A stretch of DNA of 64,000 bases from IMG/VR virus record IMGVR_UViG_3300045988_133735. The stretch is one strand, 5' to 3'. Source of the DNA: a virus. Below, piece by piece: positions 62,447 to 64,000 of this stretch (position 1 is the stretch's first letter; each line of letters starts with the position of its first letter). The notes beneath the pieces are model-generated. The model had not been told where the DNA came from and did no database searches. It was given only the letters and a program-made list of their open reading frames with translations. The position numbers and the translations under genes are program-made.

Positions 62447-63049
62447 ATGTTGAAGCTGTCAGTGTCGAACGCAAACAGCAAGATGGGTAATGTTAAATCC
62501 ATCTCTATGCCACGAGTGGTTACTTGTGCGCCTGACGTGCCTTGTGCGAAGACGTGCTATGTTAGTCATTTCGATTGGCGACGAACGGTACAAAACGCAT
62601 ATGAAAACAACCTGAATCTTTGGTTGACAGACCCTGACAGCTTCGAACAGCAAGCAATTGCTGCAGCTTACGGGTCTTTTTATTTTAGGTGGCATGTCAG
62701 TGGAGACATTATCAGTCAGGATTATCTTGCGATGATGTGCCGCGTCGCTCGTAAGTTGCCGCATACTCACTTCCTGGCGTTCACAAAACAGTATAAAATC
62801 GTTAACCAGTATTTGGCAGCGAAAAAGAAAATTCCCAAAAATTTACATATTTTATTTTCAGAATGGCCGGGTTATAATATGGATAACACCTATAATTTAC
62901 CAGTTGCTTATGTATCGTTCAAAAATGGAGTTTGCGATGCACCGGCAGACGCAAACGAATGTGGCGGTCATTGTGAAGATTGCGCATATGCCGGCAAGAA
63001 CTGTTGGGTGTTGAAAAAGGGGCAGTCTGTAGTACTGCGGGAGCATTAA
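62447..63049 (+). CDS. Cys-rich phage protein (GP88-like?)
   Basis: The start is taken at MLKLSVSN. Contains VVTCAPDVPCAKTCY and C-terminal CGGHCEDC. The family assignment is from memory only. Confidence 0.4.
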   Translation: MLKLSVSNANSKMGNVKSISMPRVVTCAPDVPCAKTCYVSHFDWRRTVQNAYENNLNLWLTDPDSFEQQAIAAAYGSFYFRWHVSGDIISQDYLAMMCRVARKLPHTHFLAFTKQYKIVNQYLAAKKKIPKNLHILFSEWPGYNMDNTYNLPVAYVSFKNGVCDAPADANECGGHCEDCAYAGKNCWVLKKGQSVVLREH

Positions 63050-63081
63050 TCTGCAGACCCCTATTATAATAAGGTAGGAGG

Positions 63082-63318
63082 ATGCGCATGAACTGTGTTA
63101 TTACAAACGGTGCGTGCTACATTAAAAGAAACAGCGAGAACTTATTGGTCGCAACGGATAGCCTTGGAGACGCATTTCTGTTTCCGGCTGAAAAAGCACA
63201 AGCGACAATCACATGTCTACCAAAGGCATTACAGGACAAAGGATTCAAAGTAAAAAAGTGTCTCAGAGATTCTTGGACGTATAGAATCGACCGTGATGGC
63301 CGAGGTTGGAAGAGCTGA
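63082..63318 (+). CDS. hypothetical protein
   Basis: 78 aa with a GGAGG RBS. An alternative ATG exists at 63088. Confidence 0.45.
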   Translation: MRMNCVITNGACYIKRNSENLLVATDSLGDAFLFPAEKAQATITCLPKALQDKGFKVKKCLRDSWTYRIDRDGRGWKS

Positions 63319-63712
63319 ACAGGAGCAGTATGATGCCGGCGTTCCCATCAAAGAAGGGGAGACATTACATAATCTGAAGCAGGCACTGTTGATTGTAGAC
63401 GAGACTCTTGGATCGATTCAGTCATTATATGTTGATGCTTGTAAAGAGCTAAATGATGTAAGCCTCGAAATTATTGATCTTCAGCATGCCATTGAATTCG
63501 CAAAGGCGAATGCGGTTAGAAAGTGCTATCTTGAAACAGAATTGCAAAAAGCGTTGCTTAAACGACGAGAATGCAAAGATGTAAAAGTACTTATCGAGTG
63601 TGTTATGGAGTTTGACAGAGGAGATTGGGGCACAGGAAAACTGCAAAAAGTTTTTGATCGGTCTGAAAAACGGTCTTATATGCCGCGTATCCGTAATGAT
63701 TTGTTTGAATAA
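63293..63712 (+). CDS. hypothetical protein
   Basis: 139 aa. Overlaps the previous ORF by 26 nt. Confidence 0.45.
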   Translation: MMAEVGRAEQEQYDAGVPIKEGETLHNLKQALLIVDETLGSIQSLYVDACKELNDVSLEIIDLQHAIEFAKANAVRKCYLETELQKALLKRRECKDVKVLIECVMEFDRGDWGTGKLQKVFDRSEKRSYMPRIRNDLFE

Positions 63713-63734
63713 AAAAATATAAAGGAGTCTTATC

Positions 63735-64000
63735 ATGAGTGGAGCTATTTCGTTTTTCCTTGGGTTGTTCGGTCTTGGTGCGGCTGGTGCAGTCAGCGCG
63801 GGACAGAACGCAAAAATCAAGAAGGCAGATTATCAGTATGGCGAAGAGCATGGCCTTCATGGCACCTCTGAGGTTCTGCAAATGCGGGAGCGAGTGCGTA
63901 AAGAATGGTGGAGCATCTGCGGCAAAACCTACAACGCATGTGAGCGGCCTGCATCGAGTTACGGCGACCTCAGCAGAACCCCGTGGTGCTATCTGAAAAA
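63735..64000 (+). CDS. hypothetical protein with N-terminal TM segment (partial; runs off the window end)
   Basis: AAAGGAG then ATG at 63735 (MSGAISFFLGLFGLGAAGAVSAG...). The frame is open to position 64000. Confidence 0.45.
   Translation, partial: MSGAISFFLGLFGLGAAGAVSAGQNAKIKKADYQYGEEHGLHGTSEVLQMRERVRKEWWSICGKTYNACERPASSYGDLSRTPWCYLK

Noticed and set aside
1-64000. Stop-codon reassignment (suggested by the CUA-like tRNA and the high non-coding fraction)
   Set aside because: Long ORFs (terL 585 aa, RNAP-like 852 aa, 690 aa, 505 aa, NAMPT 492 aa) are uninterrupted under the standard code. The gene-free regions I read contain mixed TAA and TAG stops at the random-expectation density, not one recurring stop.
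1-64000. CRISPR array
   Set aside because: No run of regularly spaced direct repeats of 24-40 bp was seen. The repeats found are single pairs or triplets in different intergenic regions.

Overview
The window looks like part of a large, low-GC dsDNA phage or prophage of a Gram-positive (Firmicutes-type) host. Supporting signs are strong GGAGG ribosome-binding sites, TTGACT-17-TATAAT promoters with TG extension, lipoprotein lipoboxes, and tmRNA ends resembling those of Bacillus subtilis.

Layout:
- 1-16807: reverse-strand block with a portal fragment, large terminase, metallophosphoesterase, a YonO-like single-subunit RNA polymerase, an HNH-like protein and PIN-PhoH.
- 16808-18532: gene-free, GC-richer divergent region.
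- 18533-64000: forward-strand block of mostly small genes with frequent ATGA/TAATG start-stop overlaps.

Main observations:
1. Fourteen otherwise heterogeneous small proteins end in the same C-terminal peptide, C-[K/R/H]-S-L-L-stop. Eight are consecutive at 11.8-14.4 kb. Six on the other strand form a paralogous family.
2. A retron-type reverse transcriptase (43666-44901) is preceded by a 265-nt structured non-coding element closed by a 10-nt inverted repeat. Two further paralogous copies of that element lie elsewhere (30863-31186, 45251-45580), with a compensatory change in the closing repeat.
3. A PRTRC-like ubiquitin-type cassette (small beta-grasp candidate, large protein, JAMM/JAB protease, ThiF/E1) sits directly upstream of the RT.
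4. An NAD+ island contains a Prs-like kinase, NAMPT, a macro domain, NadE, a nicotinamidase and an HD protein.
5. A tRNA/tmRNA island (32.9-37.7 kb) has three tRNA-Leu, Pro, Met and Gly, one aberrant tRNA-like gene and a tmRNA with an atypical tag. A separate tRNASec/allo-tRNA-like gene with a CAU anticodon lies in the late block.
6. A covarying 5'UTR hairpin occurs three times, a 22-bp exact repeat occurs in two intergenic regions, and one leader is C-free and GGA-rich.

About 7 kb (roughly 11%) of the window is gene-free, which is high for a phage. All functional calls come from motif recognition by eye. No database search was possible.
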